From the NCBI GenBank assembly GCA_965112735.1, contig OZ218956.1:3472001-3536000 (forward strand): DNA of 64,000 nucleotides, in the 5' to 3' direction. Both the position numbers and the translations under genes were made by a program. This DNA comes from Phaeosaccion multiseriatum. Its lineage: Eukaryota; Protista; Ochrophyta, other classes. Below the pieces are notes generated by a model. It was not told the DNA's origin and ran no database searches. It was given only the letters and a program-made list of their open reading frames with translations. Shown piece after piece: positions 58,479 through 64,000 of this stretch. Position 1 is the first letter of the stretch. Each line of letters begins with the position of its first letter.

Positions 58479-59136
58479 CCCTCTTTTTTCCCCTGACCTC
58501 TCCAACGGGCTACACATTCCATTTTACAGTGCATTGTTTAGAAGCAGAAAAAAAAGACCCCCAATCAATGTCATTGCGCATCCTATCGAAGTCATTTCTC
58601 TTTTTTTCTTTTTTTTTTTTTTTTACTCTCGACTGCAACTGGAGCTGGAATTGAGACGGTATTTGTGCGGGTTGGGGGGGGGGGACGGGTTTGGGTGAGT
58701 GTGTGTGCGTGGGTGTGTGCTCGATGGAGTAAGTGAGTGACGTGTGCTAGAGCTACCTCCCTCTACCTCGAGCCTACTCGAGCCTACTCAGAGAGAGCCC
58801 CCAACACTTCCTTTTCCTAACCCTTCCCCCCCCCTCTTTTTAAGACACACTATCACTATTATCACTATCCCCACCCAGAGAGCCGGCCCAGAGTCTGGAA
58901 TAACCCCCCGGATGACGGGGGGAACTATCGGCGTAGGAGGTGGTGCATTGGTTAGCTCGACTGGGCAGCTGCTGCCTGCGAGAGCGACCCAGGGCCTGAC
59001 CTCTCAATACACTGTGATTCATCTGTGATTCATAAGTACACCGCCCAAACTGAACGGGAAAGAAAAGGGCAGGCAGACATTGCCCAAGCGTCGACGTGCC
59101 TGCAGGGCCTCGCCACGCCCCTCCGAGGAGTTCAGC

Positions 59137-60244
59137 TTAGAGGTGTTGTTTCTTGCCGAATATCCGGTGTCGGAAACTGCTGCTGGGCCGGGGGCTCATC
59201 TCCCCGGACGCGTCCGCCGCATCAGACGAGTCCAAAGCACCCCTCCCCCCTCTCTGCAGCAGCGAAGAGGAGGAGGACGCGGACTCCACGTCGACATGTT
59301 CCTCCCCCGCCCCAGCAGAAGGGCGAGTGGCTCCTCCGCTGCCCCCTACTGCCGACCCCGACCCCGACCCTGACCCTGGCCCGCCCCCCGCTCCTCCGCC
59401 CTTGATACCGTCGCGGAGGCCGATGCCTCCACTGATGATTGGAGAAGGACTTCGGCTCCTGCTCCGGTCCGATGACGGCCTTGCTCGCTTCAGCATGAGA
59501 TCCCGCCTGGCTGCTGTATCACCACCTGCTGTGCTGCTGGTGGTCTCCGAGGGGCTCATGGGGAAGCGCTCGAGAAGGGCGATGGTGAGGGGAGATATGG
59601 CCAGGAGGACGATCGTAGTCGCCACCTGTGATTGGTTGAAAGATTGATTGGTTGTACGCACGTACGTATGTACGGAAGGAAAGGAAGCAAAGCAGAAGAA
59701 AAAAAAAGGGGGGGGGGGGGCGGAGGCTCCTGCTCACTAACGGGGCGAAAGCAAGACATACAGCCCGCTGCTGGTGTATCACCAACTGCGGTGGGTCCTG
59801 CGGTCAGCCCCCCCCTCTTCTCCCTGCCACTCACCATGATGAGGTAGAGCAGGCGAGACACAAGGCCCAGCTGATGCGCCCTCGCGATGAAGAAGAGGCT
59901 AATTTCCCCAATCTGTGCCATGAGTCCACCCGCCAGCGCCCCCGCTCGCACCGAGAAGCCAAAGCTGCGCATCACGGCCACCACCACGACCAACTTGAGC
60001 AAGAGCACGAGCACCACGCAGCGGGCCACGAGGGGGAAGTGATTGACGAGGTAGGTGGGCGACATTATCATGCCCAGGGACGCCATGTAGATTCCGCCTG
60101 AGAAGGAAGGATAAAAGGAGAGGGGGATGGCAGTGGATGGGGAGGACGGCAGGGGATTGGAGGAGGGTGACAGGGTCACTCACTGCCTGTCCCTCTCTCT
60201 CTCTCGACCCCTGCTGTCCCGCCCAATCTACCTAGCCTACACTC

Positions 60245-60312
<68 letters not shown>

Positions 60313-60322
60313 TCTCTCTCTC

Positions 60323-60353
<31 letters not shown>

Positions 60354-61792
60354 ACGCTCCAGCCACCCCGCCCCCCCTACGCTCCAACGCACCAAAGAAG
60401 TTGGTGAGTGGGTAGATGTGCCGCTGGGCCACTGCGGCGAAGGGGGAGTCCATCATGACCATGCCTGCGAAGAGGGCCCCCGCCTCGCACGACAGACTCA
60501 AGCTCTCGAAGATGATGGACATGCCGAGGCAATAGCTCACCTGTTGGTGATACAGGGAAGGAGGGAGGGAGGGAGGGAGGGAGGGAGGGAGGGAGGGAGG
60601 GATGACAGTGGATGGAGAGAAGGGCAGTGGACGAGGAGGGAGGGGGCAGGGGACAGCAGGGAACGGAAGAGAGTTGTCAGTCAGTCAGTCAGTCAGTCAG
60701 TCAGTCAGTCAGTCAGTCGTCAGTCAGTTAGTCAGTCAGTCACTCACTCACTCACTCAGTCACTCAGTCCCTCAGTCACTCAGTCAGTCAATCAGTCAGA
60801 GGGAAATGGGAAATTGAAGGTGGGGCACGGAGAAAGACGGCGGGGGCGCGCGCGTGGGTGGAGGGGCGACAAGGAAAGCTTCAAGCAAGCCGGTAAGGTA
60901 AGCAAGCATGCACGGGCGCATGCACCACCATCGACACCCCTCTCCGATCGATAACGGTCTAAGGAACACCTCTGAACCTCACACTCAAACGCACCACTCC
61001 GAGGGTGAAGAGTCCAGTCCTATCCTCTGCCTGATGAGGGCGGATGAGCTTGACGGCGTGGGGCAGCATGAGCTTGCAGCCCATCCAGCAACCGAGCAGG
61101 GCACAGGCGCCGGCAAGGAGGCGGAGGAGGCAGTCGGCCCAGCCTGACTCCGCCTCGAGGTAGACGCGGAGCACGGCCGTAGGGACGGCGAGGAGAGGGC
61201 ACATGATGACGTCCTGGAGGGGGAAGGGGGGGAGGAGGGGAGGGGAGATGCAGTCAGTCAGTCAGTCAGTCAGTCAGTCAGACAGTCAGAGGCAGGCTAG
61301 AGGCAGGCTGTCAGTCAGTTAGTCAGTCAGTCAGTCAGTCATTCAGTCAGTCAGTCAGTCAGTCAGTCAGTCAGTCAGTCAGTACTTGGTGTCACACACC
61401 TGCACATAGACGAGGTCCATGACCATCCAGGCGAAGACGGTGTCCGTGAGGCCCGTCCTGCCGAGGAAGTCCGACACGATGGTCGTGGACGACACGGTGG
61501 TGGCAGCGGCGATGTAGATGATCTGGGCGGAACATGGAGAGAGAGAGAGACACGTAGTAGAGACGCAGGGGGGGTAGGGAAGGGGAGGAGAGGGGAGTTA
61601 GAGACGAGCCACAGGCGGAATGAAGTCACCGCACCGCGCCAAGCCAAGCCAAGCCCAGCCATGACAACGGTCAGGGCCCCTAGGGCGGGATGCATCGGAT
61701 GGGGCTGGGGGATGGCAGTGGAAGAAGGAATGAGAAAGGCCGGCCCAAACCGACCCCAGCCATGTGCCTTCTCCGCACACCCTCTCCTCCTC

Positions 61793-61829
<37 letters not shown>

Positions 61830-64000
61830 TCCTCCTAAGGCAGAGAAGTCTCGTCCCCATCCCCTGCCATCCATTCTCGTCAATCCATCTACTGCCATCC
61901 ATTCTCGTCAATCCATCCACTGCCATCCATTCTCGTCAATCCACTCACCTCTCCGGCCTCGTGCATCCCTGCGAGACTGAGGCACACGGTGAGGGCAGAG
62001 AAGCACACGAAGAGCACCGTCACAGCCCCCACCCGTCCCGACGCCGTCCCCACGCCCCCCTCCGCCAGCGCCATGCCCATATGACTGCCCATGCCTCCTC
62101 CTCCTCCTCCTCCTCCTCCTCCTCCTGCTGCTGCTGCTGCTGCTGCTACTGCCATTCCTGCTCCTGTCGCTCCTGATGCTGCCGTTACTCCTGCTCCTGC
62201 TGCTCCTGCTCCTGCGCTGTGGGTTGGGAGGCGTCGGTGTGCGTGGGTCGAGTAGGCCAGGCCGTGTCCGAAGAGGAGGAAGATGGAGCCGAACTGGGCA
62301 ATGGTCTGCGCCTCGCTCACGCGGGTGATGAGGTCGAAGCAGCTGGGCCCCGCGATGATTCCTGTGGAGAGGAGAGCGGATGGCAGTGGATAGGCAGATG
62401 GCAGGGGATGGCAGTGGGCAGTTAGAGGACAGAGGAAGGTAGTGGAGAGACAGAGGAGAGAGCGGATGGCAGTGGACAGACAGAGGAGAGAGCGGATGGC
62501 AGTGGACAGACAGAGGAGAGAGCGGATGGCAGTGGACAGACAGAGGAGAGGGGATGGTAGTGGACAGATAGAGGAGAGGGGTCCCACCATGGCTCCTGAA
62601 ACCCCTCCCTCCCCTCCCTCCCCACCAAACCCATCCCCACCCCACCCCACCTCTCCCCACCCGCACCTGCCAGCAGATAGCCCAGCGAGTAGGGCACCCG
62701 CATCATGGCCGCAAACGCACCCCCCACCGCCGTGATCATGCTGAGAGCGACAATGTCTCTGAGCAGCTGCTCGTCGAGGTGCAGCACTGCGGGGTCTGCT
62801 TCCACAAGAAGCTCCTCAAGCGAGTCTCGGAGCTCTTCGTCGATGAAGGACGTCATCTGATATGGGGGATGGGGAGGGGAGGGGAGGGGAGGGGAGGGAC
62901 ATTGGAAGGAGATGGCAGTAGAAGGGAGAGTTCTGTTCAGATTGCTGCTCGTGTAAGGGGTGGATAAGTGTTAAGGTCGCCCAAACTGAACACTGAAGCG
63001 TTTGAAGGCTGCACCCGAGGGGCAGAGGGGATGGCAGAGCAAAGAGGAAGACTCGAGCATGCCCCTCCTCGGATTCGCACTGACAAATAGATTTCCTCGT
63101 CCCAGGGACTGACTGACCGACTGCCTTCCTTCCTTCCTTCCTTCGTTCCTTGTTCTTCTATTCTCCCCTCCCTCCCTCCCCTCCCCTCCCCTCCCCCCCT
63201 TTCTCCCTCCCTCCATTCCCCCCTCCCCTCCACTCCCCTCCCTCCCCCCTAACCCCTCTCCCCCTGAGCTACTGACTCACTTTGCTGGGCACGCCCTGTA
63301 TGAGCCCTCCCCCCTCCTTGCCCTTCTCCTTGAGCTTGCCCGTTTCGTAGTCCACCTTGATCTTGCCGTCCTCAAGCCGCTCAAGAACAAGCTCCTCGCG
63401 GTCGACCTCCGCTCGCGTCTGTCCGTAGGATGGAATGGGATGTGAGACCGACCCAGCGAGCGCCACCACAGTTTCAGATTCAGTTTTTTAGACCCAGACA
63501 CGCGTGCAAAGGAGGGTGATACAAAAGGGCAGCAACAGGGGCGGGGAAGAGACAAGGGGGGGGTGCGTGGGTGCGTGCGTGCGTGCGTGCGTAAGTGAGT
63601 GCAAGCCCCGGAAGAGCGACACGCCAGCATTCCTCGCCCTCCATCTCCTTGCGAGGTTGCTAGGCCCTTTTCTTTCTCCCTCCCTCCCACTCGCACTCCT
63701 CTCCTTCCCACCCCCTCCCTCCCCTCCCGTACCTTGAGCTCAAGCGTGAGTGCCTGAAAGTCGTTCCTCCTCGTCTCATTGAGCTCCAACCCCATCCGCA
63801 CAAGTCCCCAATGCGCCTCCTTGGCCCCCGCTGCCATATCACGACACCACCCCTCCTCCTCGACTTGGGGCCCCTTCCCCTCCTCCTCATTGCCGCCCCC
63901 CACCCCCACCCCCACCCCCAGCCCTTGGCCGGGCACCCTTGGTCGAGAAGTGAGGAGCTCTAAGAGGGATGTGTCTATTCTCCTCCGCACGGTCTCCAAG
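59137..64000 (-). CDS. CPA2-family K+/H+ antiporter (KEA4-6/TMCO3-like), multi-exon; 5' end outside the window
   Basis: LHLDEQLLRDIV, GYLLAG|IIAGPS, IAQFGSIFLLF..GL, EAGALFAG, PLTNFFG|GIYMASLGM and AQIGE. Confidence 0.85.
62410..62570. repeat. 30-bp intronic minisatellite containing GGATGGCAGTGGA
   Basis: Unit GATGGCAGTGGACAGACAGAGGAGAGAGCG, 3 perfect copies plus degenerate flanking copies. Confidence 0.85.

Noticed and set aside
58388-58654. ORF overlapping the tRNA
   Set aside because: Spurious; it is explained by the tRNA and poly-T tracts.

Overview
Intron- and microsatellite-rich eukaryotic nuclear DNA, most likely from a photosynthetic stramenopile (ochrophyte) alga; the LHC gene has a signal peptide + ASAF bipartite plastid leader. 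Housekeeping content: an LHCX-like antenna gene, a MAT2B/RmlD-like SDR, an SR splicing factor, SMC6, SMC4, tRNA-Arg(ACG) and a 5'-partial KEA/TMCO3-type K+/H+ antiporter. Accessory content: (i) four intronless coiled-coil + 'CPW'-type ankyrin-repeat paralogues, arranged as an inverted duplication of a divergent gene pair, bracketing a head-to-head DUF6314-like + flavin monooxygenase pair; (ii) a tandemly duplicated membrane hybrid histidine kinase whose two halves have lost complementary catalytic parts; (iii) an intronless gene encoding an MLKL-like helical domain, a non-RD kinase and a near-identical ARM-repeat array, interrupted in its catalytic loop by a very young 1.6-kb non-autonomous LTR element. 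Exon boundaries were read by eye. Family assignments come from motif recognition, not database searches.
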